Positions 9,739-19,860 of a stretch of 64,000 nucleotides of DNA are shown one piece after another. Both the position numbers and the translations under genes were made by a program. The notes under the pieces were generated by a model. It searched no databases. It was not told where the DNA came from and saw only the letters and a program-made list of their open reading frames with translations. This stretch comes from Paludibacter sp. GTDB taxonomy: Bacteria; Bacteroidota; Bacteroidia; Bacteroidales; Paludibacteraceae. Numbering within the stretch: position 1 is the first letter of the stretch; every line of letters starts with the position of its first letter. The stretch is taken from contig JAYFPG010000022.1 in the NCBI GenBank assembly GCA_034928085.1, positions 51,456 through 115,455 on the forward strand. The letters are read 5' to 3'.

Positions 9739-11493
9739 TTATCGTACATCTTCGTAACCTTCATTCTGAACAAGATACTTGTTCGCGTTTAAGGCGTTGC
9801 GTGATATCGGGTATATTTCCCAATGATTACTTTGGTCGGGTTGTTTATCCCACCATGCTTCTAAACAAAACTTGCCAAAACGAATCAAATCTGTGCGTCG
9901 ACGCCCTTCCACTAAAAATTCTCTTCCCCATTCGTCCAACAGTTCATCTAAATCCAACGATGCAGCTCCATCAGGTGCATAAAGGTATGTAGCATGAGTT
10001 GCCGTTGGATAATTACGTTTTCTGACTTCATTCAGCAATGAACCAGCACCGTTAACTTCACCATTGCGTAATTTACATTCGGCCCAGGAGTAATAAATTT
10101 CAGCCAGCCTGAGTTCAACAAAGTCAGATTCCAGACATCCTGCTTCACCAGATGGGTAAAAAGGGTATTTTACAGGATGCCAGCCAGAATTGTGATCTCC
10201 CATGGCAAGCGTTGAGGTTTTACTCTCCGGAATGCCTGCAAACGCGTTGTATCTAAATCTGCCGACCTGATCTCTGATGTATGTAGTATAACCAGTGGGT
10301 GAAACAGCATTTTTGCTTACACCACTTTCCGTGTAAGGCATATAGCCATACAGGAACATCCCTTCTCTGGTCGAATTTCCAAGGTTTCTGTATTTTTTCA
10401 ATCTTACATCCTGGGGATATTTGTTGAATTTTTGCGTTACCATCCCCAATTTATAATTATACAAGTTACCATCTAAATCATAGCTTGGAGAACAGGCAAA
10501 TTTTGGATTCATAACGCCTTCTTTTGATACACCATAGTATTTTTCAGCACCATAAGCATTACATCGCCAGTAAATTGTACGATAGTCGGTTCTGTAATGC
10601 CATCTTGTTCCACCGTATGTTCCCGGGAAAGCAAAAATTACTTCATTGCTATTTTCATTGTTCCAGTCAAAAGGAGTGTCCCATTTATTGTCAATTTTAT
10701 AATATCCAAATTCATTGTTAATGATTCTTTGACACATGTTTCCGCATTCATCCCATCGGGATTCACCTATCCATTTTTCTGCATTCAGGTATAAGCGCAC
10801 TAAAAAACCAGCTGCTGCCGCTTTTGTAAACTGACCCTGCATCAACCCATTTCCTTTATCACCCTGTTTTGAGGGTAGATTATCAATAGCCCACAACAAT
10901 TCACTTTCGATGAATTCAAATGCTTTCTTTGGGGAAACCTGTTTCCTGTTTTCGGGTTTAGAATTTATCGATTCATCAGAAGTAGTAGTAAGCACAATGT
11001 TACGATAGGCATTTAAAAGCCTGATATAGCAGTAAGCGCGCATTGTTCTTAGTTGAGCATTGAAAGAATCAAAGTCGCTACTTGTCATTTCAAAATCCTC
11101 AGGATTGAGCCTTTTCAGATCGTCGAGCACCAGATTGCATTGACCGATACCAACATACATCATATTCCACTCCTGAGGAATCCAGGAGTCTTCGTCAATA
11201 GTCCATGTATGATAATGATATCTTTCCCATTTTCCGGCATCATACCACCATGTGTCTCGGGTTGGTGTTATAATTTGATCGGCAGGGAGCTCTTCTGTCT
11301 CAAAGCGTATATATACGGATGTGAAACAGTGCTCAAACGGGCGAAAAACTGCCCTAATGATATCCATTCTGGTATTATAGTAATTTCGTGACATCACTGA
11401 ACTATATACCGTCTCATTTAAATCTGTACAAGAGGAAATAAAAACAAAACCCAATGGAATCAGGAAGTATTTAATTATTTTTTTAAACAACAT
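9739..11493 (-). CDS. susD: SusD/RagB glycan-binding lipoprotein (PUL1)
   Basis: Lipobox SSC; LRTMRAYCY; RLAEIYYSWAE; EWGREFLVEGRRRTDLIRFG; directly downstream of SusC. Confidence 0.93.
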   Translation of the reverse strand: MLFKKIIKYFLIPLGFVFISSCTDLNETVYSSVMSRNYYNTRMDIIRAVFRPFEHCFTSVYIRFETEELPADQIITPTRDTWWYDAGKWERYHYHTWTIDEDSWIPQEWNMMYVGIGQCNLVLDDLKRLNPEDFEMTSSDFDSFNAQLRTMRAYCYIRLLNAYRNIVLTTTSDESINSKPENRKQVSPKKAFEFIESELLWAIDNLPSKQGDKGNGLMQGQFTKAAAAGFLVRLYLNAEKWIGESRWDECGNMCQRIINNEFGYYKIDNKWDTPFDWNNENSNEVIFAFPGTYGGTRWHYRTDYRTIYWRCNAYGAEKYYGVSKEGVMNPKFACSPSYDLDGNLYNYKLGMVTQKFNKYPQDVRLKKYRNLGNSTREGMFLYGYMPYTESGVSKNAVSPTGYTTYIRDQVGRFRYNAFAGIPESKTSTLAMGDHNSGWHPVKYPFYPSGEAGCLESDFVELRLAEIYYSWAECKLRNGEVNGAGSLLNEVRKRNYPTATHATYLYAPDGAASLDLDELLDEWGREFLVEGRRRTDLIRFGKFCLEAWWDKQPDQSNHWEIYPISRNALNANKYLVQNEGYEDVR

Positions 11494-11510
11494 AATGATA
11501 ATTTTAAGTA

Positions 11511-14500
11511 TTATAAATCAACTGAAAGTCCCACGATAAATTGGAATGCTGAAGGGTAATATGAAATTGATCCTCCATAAGTCCCGGGTGTTAATCCGTT
11601 AACTTCATAAGTTGAAGGATCAACTCCTAAGAAACGTGTTAGAGTGAATAGATTGTTTGCCGTTCCATACATACGCAAACTGTTGATAAACTGATTTTTA
11701 AAATTAAAGCGATATCCGAGTGTTACCATATCTAATTTCAGGTAATCACCTTTCTCAATGAAATAGTCACTAATCACATTTTTTCCGGTTGTAATATGTG
11801 CATTTTTACTAAATGCATAATTTAACACATTACCTTCGCCACTTTTTAATCCCCAATAAAAATCATGTACGTTAAAAATATCGAAACCTAATGCAGTACG
11901 CAAAAAGACAGTAAGATCCCAGTTTTTATAACTAAAATTATTCGTCATTGAACCTGTAAACTGTGGGAGACCATTTCCGGTAATGCGTTTGTCATTGTTA
12001 GTACCCTCATTGATAGGGACTATGTCATTGTCGGCATTGTATATCAGCCAATTGCCATTAGAGTCTACTCCCGCATATTTAAATGTCACATAATTTCCAA
12101 TTCGTTCGTTAACTCTTATTTGTTGCAGATATCCCGGGTTATTAGGATTAGACATTGAACATGTCCAGTAGTAATCTTCTCCATCGTAAATCTCGTTAGA
12201 GAAGCTAACAAATTTATTATCGTTTGTTGCACCTACCAAGCTAACCTGATACTTGAAATCTTTTTTATTTATCACATCGAAATTAAGGTCAATTTCAACA
12301 CCCTGGTTTCGGAGTGTTCCAACATTGGCATAAATAGTCGAAAATAAATTCGGAGGAACCGGAACACTGTAACTACCTAATAAATCAACTTGTTTTCTGT
12401 GGTAGTAGTTAACTGATCCACTTACTTTGTTTTTCAAGATTGAAAAATCTAAACCGATATTTTTATTATAGCCTTTTTCCCACCTCAGGTCTGAATTGGT
12501 ATTTTTGCCCGGTCCCCAAACATTAAAATGTGTTCCGTTATAATTGTATTTTCCAAAGGAACTATAAGTGGCTAACGAATTATAGTTACCAATATTCTGA
12601 TTTCCTGTTATGCCAAAATCTCCTCTGATTTTTAGTTCGTTAATCCATTTAATGTTTTTCATGAAACTTTCTTCAGAGATACGCCAGCCAGCTGATACAG
12701 CAGGAAAATTACCCCATTTGTGGTTGTATCCAAAACGGGATGATCCCTCTCTTCTGTATGAAGCTGTAAGCAGGTATCTTTCTTTCCAGTCGTAATTAAC
12801 ACGTGCGAAAAAACCAATTAGTTTGGAATCATTTTTATATGACCCAACCCCTGTGCGTCCTGAGGCTGCAGACAAGTACTCACCTGACCCCAGGTTGTTG
12901 TATGCTAAAGCATCAGAAACGAAATCTTTATTTGAACCGGATAATCCCGAGTGTACCTCATACTGATAACTATAACCGGCCATCAAACGTAATTTGTGGC
13001 TGTCAATTTGTGTCACAAAGTTTGTAACCCATTCAAGTTTGTTTTCTATGCTGTTGTCGTATGCCCGGCTAGCTTCTCCACTATATCCGCTATTTATTGC
13101 TTCGTTTGAAATGGATGGTCTGAAAAAATAATCGAATTTATCAATATGTGACTGTGATACTGTGATTTGACTAGATAAAGCAGTGTGTTCATTCTCTGCT
13201 TTACTAAACATCGGTAAAATATTTATTTTGGCTGTTGCATCAATATCCAACAGTTTAATCTCTGTTCCACTTTGATCTAATGTCAGTCTTTCGACTGGAT
13301 TGTAGGATGCTGCTTCACCAATAAAATCTGAATATATCGTATTGCCATTCGAGTTGAAAACTGGTGTAGTAGGGTTTGCCCATAATGCTGCAGTAAAAGC
13401 TGACCAATCAGATTTTTCTCTGTTGATAACTCTTGGAGAGGCATTAAAAGTAAAATTGAGTAAGTTGTTTTTTGACGCGTGGTCAATGTGGATGCGTGCA
13501 CCATATTCTTTTCTGTTCGAGCGCAAATCAATACCTTTTGCATCTCTGTAATCGATGCTTGCGCGATAGTTGCTGTTTGGTTTACCACCGGAAATTGTCA
13601 GCGTATGTTTATGTGTGATACCTAGTCGGGTAATCTCATCCAACCAATCAGTATCTGATCCTTTATCCAGAAGTGTATTGTTGAATGTTCTGTAAGCCCT
13701 GTACTGTTCAGAGTTCAGAATATCAAGTTCTTTTTTTGCTTTGCTAATTGAAATAGATGAGTTGTATTTCACATAGAGATTGCCGTCTTTCGACCCTTTT
13801 TTTGTAGTAATCATGATTACCCCGTTACTGGCACGGGTTCCGTAAATAGCGGAAGCTGCACCATCTTTTAAAACATCTATTGATTCAATGTCTTCCGGGT
13901 TAATATTTGTCATGTTCCCTCCGGGAATACCATCGATGACGATGAGAGGTTCTAACCCAGCATTTCGTGATGATACACCCCTGATTTGAATACTGGCTTG
14001 TCTACTTGGATCTGCAGCTCCGATATTGCTGATTGAAACACCGGAAACTTTACCTTGTATCAACATAGAGGCGTCTAAACTGCTCGAACTTAGAAAGTCT
14101 TTCGAGCTGATATGTGATATTGCCGAAGTCATTTCTTTTTTTGTTATCGTTCCGTAGCCTATAACCACTACTTCGTTCAGACTCTTAATATCTTCCAGAA
14201 GTTGAATGGTGTATTCATTGCTATTGCTAACTTTGAATTCTTTTTTTATAAAACCGATGTAGCTGACCTGAACGACTGATTTATCAGTTACATCTAACGA
14301 AAAATTTCCTTTAAAATCCGTAATTGTTCCGTTTTTTGATTCAGCATCAACAACCGTTGCTCCTATGATTGGGTCTCCATGTGTGTCGACAACAACCCCT
14401 TTAATTATACGATTTCCAGGCGTGGTTTGATTGGTGCTTTTTTGTTTCTTTCTTAAAATAATATTTTTACCCTCAATTAGATAGGTCACATTCGTTCCGG

Positions 14501-14807
14501 ATAATAGACCGGATAGAAAGTCCTCAATTTTACTATTTGTAGCATTGACACTCACTTTTTGATTGATGTCGATGGCTTGTTCGTCGTACACAAACAGATA
14601 ATCTGTCTGTTTCTCAATTTGGGTTATAACAACTTTTAGCGTTGTGTTTCTTAAGTTTAGTGTAATCTTGTCTCCGTTCTCTGTTGTGGCAGAAAGCCTT
14701 GTTGAGAAGATAATAAAGAGAATAAAGATGCCGATTTTTTTGAATGATAACAGTAGTGTTTTGTTTCTTTTTGGATAAAACAATCTCATGCAAAGATATT
14801 TGTACAT
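11511..14807 (-). CDS. susC: SusC/RagA TonB-dependent transporter with N-terminal STN extension (PUL1)
   Basis: STN-like N-terminus, LNEVVVIGYG, plug motif LKDGAASAIYGTRASNGVIMITTK, beta-barrel C-terminus. Confidence 0.96.
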   Translation of the reverse strand: MYKYLCMRLFYPKRNKTLLLSFKKIGIFILFIIFSTRLSATTENGDKITLNLRNTTLKVVITQIEKQTDYLFVYDEQAIDINQKVSVNATNSKIEDFLSGLLSGTNVTYLIEGKNIILRKKQKSTNQTTPGNRIIKGVVVDTHGDPIIGATVVDAESKNGTITDFKGNFSLDVTDKSVVQVSYIGFIKKEFKVSNSNEYTIQLLEDIKSLNEVVVIGYGTITKKEMTSAISHISSKDFLSSSSLDASMLIQGKVSGVSISNIGAADPSRQASIQIRGVSSRNAGLEPLIVIDGIPGGNMTNINPEDIESIDVLKDGAASAIYGTRASNGVIMITTKKGSKDGNLYVKYNSSISISKAKKELDILNSEQYRAYRTFNNTLLDKGSDTDWLDEITRLGITHKHTLTISGGKPNSNYRASIDYRDAKGIDLRSNRKEYGARIHIDHASKNNLLNFTFNASPRVINREKSDWSAFTAALWANPTTPVFNSNGNTIYSDFIGEAASYNPVERLTLDQSGTEIKLLDIDATAKINILPMFSKAENEHTALSSQITVSQSHIDKFDYFFRPSISNEAINSGYSGEASRAYDNSIENKLEWVTNFVTQIDSHKLRLMAGYSYQYEVHSGLSGSNKDFVSDALAYNNLGSGEYLSAASGRTGVGSYKNDSKLIGFFARVNYDWKERYLLTASYRREGSSRFGYNHKWGNFPAVSAGWRISEESFMKNIKWINELKIRGDFGITGNQNIGNYNSLATYSSFGKYNYNGTHFNVWGPGKNTNSDLRWEKGYNKNIGLDFSILKNKVSGSVNYYHRKQVDLLGSYSVPVPPNLFSTIYANVGTLRNQGVEIDLNFDVINKKDFKYQVSLVGATNDNKFVSFSNEIYDGEDYYWTCSMSNPNNPGYLQQIRVNERIGNYVTFKYAGVDSNGNWLIYNADNDIVPINEGTNNDKRITGNGLPQFTGSMTNNFSYKNWDLTVFLRTALGFDIFNVHDFYWGLKSGEGNVLNYAFSKNAHITTGKNVISDYFIEKGDYLKLDMVTLGYRFNFKNQFINSLRMYGTANNLFTLTRFLGVDPSTYEVNGLTPGTYGGSISYYPSAFQFIVGLSVDL

Positions 14808-14950
14808 GTCTTTGTTGTAATTAGATTAATAAATGTTTTTTTTAAGGGGATTCTTAGCAAATCAGGTTGTTGCTAAAAATGTCAGGTTGTAATGACGTTA
14901 ATTTTCAAGTACTGTTGTGAGTTTTCATGCCAAGTGATGTTTTATGATTT

Positions 14951-15892
14951 CTAATGTATGATGATCAGGTTCTTGTCTTCGTCGCGTTGATATTCGAAAT
15001 TGTTAACTTTCTGCAATACTTTGATAATGTGTTCTATACCTTCTTTTTGTCGGAACTTGCCGGTACATTTATTTGTACTTAAACTCTTATTCTGAACTTC
15101 AATACGTGTCTGATAGTATTGTTCAAGTTTACGGAGGACTGTGGTAAGATCTTCGTTTCTAAATACATATACCCCTTCTCTCCATAAGAAATCATCTTCA
15201 GTATCGAAAGTTTGCGTGACAAACTTATTGCCCTCGATGCTCACTTTTTCCTGAGGTTTAAGCAAGGCAGTCTGATTGGATTGTTTTTCAGTAACCTTAA
15301 CCGAACCGTCTATCAACGAAGTTTCAAAAATATTTGAGTTGTTATAGGCAAGTACATTAAAGGTAGTTCCCAGAACTTCAATATCACATTTTTCTGTTAT
15401 GACCTGAAATGGTCGTTTTTTGTTGTGTGCTACCTCAAAGTAACCTTCTCCGTCGAGTATGACAGCCCTGTGATTTCCGCTGAACGAGGATGGAAAGTGT
15501 AGTTTTGAGTTGGAATTCAACGTGACGCGGGTGCCGTCAGAAAGCGTTAGATTAACCCGTTGTCCCTGTGGAACTTCGATTGTTTGTGTGAAAATTTGGT
15601 CTCTTGAATTGAAAATCTGTTGTTGAACGAAAATAGTGCCTGTGATGACAATCGCGATGATGGCAGCTATCTGCATCCATTTTCTGATGAAAGGAAGAGA
15701 CTTAGCGGCTTTCTTCTCTGAATTGCCGGATGATTGTACGGATTCATTCCATATTGTAGCATCATATAAACGCCTGAAATGGAGAAATTCTTTGCGGTTC
15801 TCAGCACTCGCCTCAATCCAGCTCATTATTTCCTGATTCTCTGATGAGGTTGTTTCACCTTTCAGGTATTTATGTATTAAATCTTGATTCAT
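14951..15892 (-). CDS. FecR-family anti-sigma factor (PUL1)
   Basis: TLSDGTRVTLNSNS, LDGEGYFEV, VLGTTFNV; single TM helix; start moved to MNQDLIHKYL (15892). Confidence 0.92.
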   Translation of the reverse strand: MNQDLIHKYLKGETTSSENQEIMSWIEASAENRKEFLHFRRLYDATIWNESVQSSGNSEKKAAKSLPFIRKWMQIAAIIAIVITGTIFVQQQIFNSRDQIFTQTIEVPQGQRVNLTLSDGTRVTLNSNSKLHFPSSFSGNHRAVILDGEGYFEVAHNKKRPFQVITEKCDIEVLGTTFNVLAYNNSNIFETSLIDGSVKVTEKQSNQTALLKPQEKVSIEGNKFVTQTFDTEDDFLWREGVYVFRNEDLTTVLRKLEQYYQTRIEVQNKSLSTNKCTGKFRQKEGIEHIIKVLQKVNNFEYQRDEDKNLIIIH

Positions 15893-15966
15893 TTGTTTAA
15901 CGATGAAAGTGTTTTTATTTTCTACGAACGATGCAGGTTCGCGTGAAACACCCTTCTGAATATATA

Positions 15967-15994
15967 GACAAACGGGCATGATGTTTCACTAGTA
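15967..15994 (-). promoter_or_regulatory. Putative ECF-sigma promoter motif TACTAGTGA-N12-GTTTGTC upstream of anti-sigma 1
   Basis: Same bipartite motif and spacing recurs at 16805-16832. Confidence 0.5.
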
Positions 15995-16120
15995 ACTCTG
16001 ATAAAAAGATTTCATGCACTACTAATGCAGGTTGAAAAAATTCTCTTAAAACAATAATATGCTATGCTTGATGAAATCCCAATGATTTAATAATCAGCTC
16101 CCTCATTGCATATAAATCCC

Positions 16121-16678
16121 TTAATAAAGTAAAAAGAGCAAAGCAGGCAGGTAGTCTTTTAGTGTAATCCGCAGTTCTTTTAGCGCTTTGGCAACATGAT
16201 AGTCGACTCCTTTAACTGAGATGCCGAATTTATCAGCGATTTCTTTATTTGATTTATCTTCTACTCGGCTCATCACAAATACTGTCCGTGTTTTTTCAGG
16301 TAAGGTAGCAAGGGTTTTTTCAAATATGGAGCGTACTTCTGCAGAAAATAGTATATCGGGATCGCAGGACTCTAAAGTGGATATTCTAAATTCTATTTCT
16401 TTCCGGGTATTATTCTGAATTGTTTCATGTGCCTGATATATCAACTGTTCCCGTCGTAAGTAATTAAGAGAAAGGTTTTTTACTACCGTGAGCAAAAATG
16501 CTTGTATATTGATGATGTCATCAGCATTCCCAAAGTTTTCCCATAGTTTCACCATGGCTTCAGAAGCGAAATCATCGGCTACTTCAATATTATGTACATA
16601 CGATTTCGCAAACAAAAAACATTTGCGGTAATACGTATTGTAAATATCATTGAATGCCTTTAGTTTGTCTTTTTCCAT
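16121..16678 (-). CDS. ECF RNA polymerase sigma-70 factor (PUL1)
   Basis: Region 2 (ADDFASEAMVKLW...FLLTVVKN) and region 4 (LPEKTRTVFVMSR...SNKEIADKFGISVKGV). Confidence 0.93.
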   Translation of the reverse strand: MEKDKLKAFNDIYNTYYRKCFLFAKSYVHNIEVADDFASEAMVKLWENFGNADDIINIQAFLLTVVKNLSLNYLRREQLIYQAHETIQNNTRKEIEFRISTLESCDPDILFSAEVRSIFEKTLATLPEKTRTVFVMSRVEDKSNKEIADKFGISVKGVDYHVAKALKELRITLKDYLPALLFLLY

Positions 16679-16719
16679 TCCGGAATGCTGAGTTTTTACT
16701 GTAGTATTACTTTGTTGTG

Positions 16720-16727
16720 CAAATATA
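16720..16727 (-). promoter_or_regulatory. Bacteroidetes housekeeping -7 element (TATATTTG) for ECF sigma 1
   Basis: Matches TAnnTTTG, 42 bp upstream of the start codon. Confidence 0.55.
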
Positions 16728-16804
16728 TAATAAAATCCGAAAAAAAACTAAAAATTCTGTTGGTGATTATTATTTATGAAATTCTTTTCTACGCAATATG
16801 AAAT

Positions 16805-16832
16805 GAAAAACTGAGCATTCTTATCACTAGTA
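16805..16832 (-). promoter_or_regulatory. Putative ECF autoregulatory promoter motif TACTAGTGA-N12-GTTTTTC
   Basis: Second copy of the 15967-15994 motif. Confidence 0.5.
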
Positions 16833-16879
16833 TATTCCCTTCTTTTTAAGAAAAATTTTGATACAAAGTTTTTAAATAG

Positions 16880-16915
16880 AAAAACGTCAGCAAATATTCT
16901 TCTGTTGACGTTTTT
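16880..16915 (-). terminator. Intrinsic terminator after the GH20-SGNH gene
   Basis: aaaaacgtcagca-N10-tgttgacgttttt hairpin with T-runs on both sides. Confidence 0.7.
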
Positions 16916-16949
16916 TGATTTTCTTGATGATATATACTAATGAGTTTTT

Positions 16950-19613
16950 TCAATTGTCTGGATTTTTATTCAATGCAGAATCTTTTTTATTCAGTATCGA
17001 CAAAATCGCCGGCTGTATCACCTTAATCATCCTGTCGAACCCAATGTCGTTTGGATGAACCCCATCAATGGTACCTTCGTTATCGGTTCCCAGAAAATTG
17101 TTTTCTTTAATCAGATAAAAATGTGGAATTTGTTCTTTCTGAAGGTCATTAAAAACGCGTTCGATGGCTTCATTTTGTTGTTTGCATTTTAACCTGACTT
17201 TTTCATCAAACAATCCTTTTTCCCTCACAACACTTTGTATAAAGATGATAGGTGTTTCAGGGTGCTTTTCTCTCAGATAACGAATGGCAAACGGCGCTCT
17301 TTCCATAATTTCTTCGGGACTCGGATTTGAAATACAATCCATGATGTAAGCATCGCAGTTAATGTCGCCCAGCATTTGTATGACAGGAGCTTCCATTTTG
17401 CCATTGCCGCTTAATCCCAGGTTGATGAAATTCAGACCGGTTGCCCTTGCCATGCGGGCAGGATAAGCCAGACCGGGTCTGGAGGCAGATGCACCCTGTG
17501 TGATACTTGAACCGTATATCACGTACTTGCCTTCAAAAGGTGTTGCTGATGGTTTTATAAAGGATGATTTATCCACCCCGATTTCGAGGGAAGTTATTTC
17601 ATCATAAGTTGGAAGGTATAACAGACATTCCTTTTTTAGTGTATCCATGTTGGTGGCAATTATTTGTTCTGAGTAAGAACCTTCCGGACGACCGATGCCG
17701 GCATATCGCCAGGTCCCGTCTTTTTTGATATACAAGTCCAATCCCATCGAATTAATATCTGCTACATTGGGAAGTCCTTTCCCGCTTTTAACCGACCACT
17801 TTGCAGCAATGGAACTGCTGTTTGTGGTGAAAGCAATGGCAATCCCGGCACTGTTGGTAAACAGTGATTTTACTTTCTGTGGCATCTTATGGTATGCTGC
17901 TGTATCGATTCTGTGGTAAATATTCTTTGTATCCGAAGCTTTGCCTACCCATGTAAGACTGTCTGCCTGAATGAATTTACCCTCAAGGTCAGTGAAGATA
18001 TGTTTGGCATAATGATAACCCAGTGCATCATAGCGCTTGGTAAATTGTTTCAGTCGTGGGATAAATTCATCTTCATTCTTCTCTCCGTAAGTCCAGCCCA
18101 ATTCAGCCAAAGCGGCCAAACGGGGAAGCGTCATATATTGAAGATGGTTGAAATCTTTGATGTATTCAGTCCATAAGTTAGCCTGAAGTCCGATTATATT
18201 TTTTCTTTCCTCCTGATTTAAACCCAATAAAGGGTCAAAATCATATACTTTAGAAACCGGGAGGTATCCACCTATGGCCAGTGGTTCAGCTGTTGTTTTT
18301 TTTGACTGGTATTTATCGAAGTAACAATGCGAATTAGGACTCATAATAACCTTGTTGCCTTTTTTAGCGGCTTCGATTCCTCCTTTGGTGCCGCGCCACG
18401 ACATGATGGTTGCGGTTTGAGAAACGCCACCTTCCAGCACTTCATCCCACCCGATCATTTCCCGGCCGTGCGCTTGCAAAAAATGCTCAATTCTGTGGTT
18501 AAAGTAGTTTTGCAAGTCAGATTCTTTTGTCAGGTTTTCTTTTTTCATGCGGGCCTGACAATGGGGACAGGTTTTCCAAAAGAAAGGACGACATTCATCA
18601 CCACCGATGTGAATGTATTTAGAGGGGAATAACTCCATCACTTCGAGTAGAACATTTTGCACGAAATCGAACGTGGTTTCCTTTCCAATACAAAGTACTT
18701 CATGAAATACACCCCATTTTTCTGCAACTTTATATTGTTTAGTTTCATCGCAGGCTAAATGCGGATAGGTTGCCAATGCTGCTACCATGTGACCCGGCAT
18801 GTCTATTTCGGGAATAACGGTAATAAAACGGTCAGTTGCGTGCTGAACCACGCTTTTAATTTCATCTTGCGTGTAGAACCCACCATGTGGTATGCCATCA
18901 TACAGTTTAATTTTGTCTTTTCCATGATTTACAAGCGTTTGTTGTCTTACTGAGCCAATTTGTGTTAATTCAGGATAACGTTTAATTTCAATCCGCCACC
19001 CCTGATCTTCTGTCAGATGCCAGTGAAAAGTGTTTATTTTATGTAATGCAAGTATGTCGATGAATTGTTTTACCTCTTCAACTGAATAAAAATGTCTGCC
19101 AACATCCAACATGGCACCTCTGTATTCTAAGCGTGGGTAATCGATGATTTTCACGCCCGGGACAATAATTTTACTTGCAGGTTCTTTGGTGAGATACTCG
19201 TTAGGTATTACTTGCAGCAAAGTTTGAATGCCGTAAAAAACACCTTTATGACTGCCTCCGGTAAGATTAATCTGTTTGTTTGTGACTTCCAATGAATATG
19301 CCTCTTCTCCCAGTTTTTTGTCAATGCTGATGTTAATCGTATTGTTAACCTTCCTTTTGCCAACTACTGTTTTTATATTCTTTTTGGAAAGAGCGTTAAC
19401 CTGTTCAGATAGGTAGTTCCCGTTCTGAAGCATCAGACGCGAGTTTTCCAGCAAATTGATTTGCGTATTGTTATCGATTATAAACTCAGTTTTTTGTTTG
19501 ATGACTGATACCGGTTTGGGAATGATAAAATCGACTTGTGCTTTACTTACAAAAGAGAAACAACTTATTAAGAGGGTTAATAGTAAGACAGTTGTCAGTT
19601 TAAATGCATTCAT
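16950..19613 (-). CDS. Fusion of GH20 beta-N-acetylhexosaminidase and SGNH/GDSL esterase
   Basis: GH20: MLDVGRHF, HWHLTEDQGWR, HIGGDE. C-terminal third: GLDLY, YGSSITQG, NLGLSGNG, DGVHPN. Start moved to MNAFKLTT (19613). Confidence 0.9.
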   Translation of the reverse strand: MNAFKLTTVLLLTLLISCFSFVSKAQVDFIIPKPVSVIKQKTEFIIDNNTQINLLENSRLMLQNGNYLSEQVNALSKKNIKTVVGKRKVNNTINISIDKKLGEEAYSLEVTNKQINLTGGSHKGVFYGIQTLLQVIPNEYLTKEPASKIIVPGVKIIDYPRLEYRGAMLDVGRHFYSVEEVKQFIDILALHKINTFHWHLTEDQGWRIEIKRYPELTQIGSVRQQTLVNHGKDKIKLYDGIPHGGFYTQDEIKSVVQHATDRFITVIPEIDMPGHMVAALATYPHLACDETKQYKVAEKWGVFHEVLCIGKETTFDFVQNVLLEVMELFPSKYIHIGGDECRPFFWKTCPHCQARMKKENLTKESDLQNYFNHRIEHFLQAHGREMIGWDEVLEGGVSQTATIMSWRGTKGGIEAAKKGNKVIMSPNSHCYFDKYQSKKTTAEPLAIGGYLPVSKVYDFDPLLGLNQEERKNIIGLQANLWTEYIKDFNHLQYMTLPRLAALAELGWTYGEKNEDEFIPRLKQFTKRYDALGYHYAKHIFTDLEGKFIQADSLTWVGKASDTKNIYHRIDTAAYHKMPQKVKSLFTNSAGIAIAFTTNSSSIAAKWSVKSGKGLPNVADINSMGLDLYIKKDGTWRYAGIGRPEGSYSEQIIATNMDTLKKECLLYLPTYDEITSLEIGVDKSSFIKPSATPFEGKYVIYGSSITQGASASRPGLAYPARMARATGLNFINLGLSGNGKMEAPVIQMLGDINCDAYIMDCISNPSPEEIMERAPFAIRYLREKHPETPIIFIQSVVREKGLFDEKVRLKCKQQNEAIERVFNDLQKEQIPHFYLIKENNFLGTDNEGTIDGVHPNDIGFDRMIKVIQPAILSILNKKDSALNKNPDN

Positions 19614-19732
19614 GATGAATAATTTTTTCGTTGGATTAAAATAAGATATTAAATGCAAAAATAGCTTTTATTACTCGGAAAACGATACCTGTTTTTGCCT
19701 TTTTTAAAGGTAATTCTATTTGTTCGAGTAAT

Positions 19733-19764
19733 AAAACGCCAAAACATTCCTGTTCTGGCGTTTT
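19733..19764 (-). terminator. Intrinsic terminator after the MFS gene
   Basis: aaaacgccaaaaca-ttcc-tgttctggcgtttt hairpin. Confidence 0.65.
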
Positions 19765-19860
19765 AGTTTTGATGTAACGCTGATGTAATTCCAATTGACA
19801 AATTTCAAATGATTTTACTTCTCTTACATCGCTTTCCTGGTTTATTTTATTGTCTTGTTT

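Noticed and set aside
14854-14890. Short hairpin and tcaggttgt direct repeat in the FecR-SusC1 spacer
   Set aside because: Only a 7-bp AT-rich stem with no counterpart in PUL2; too weak to call.
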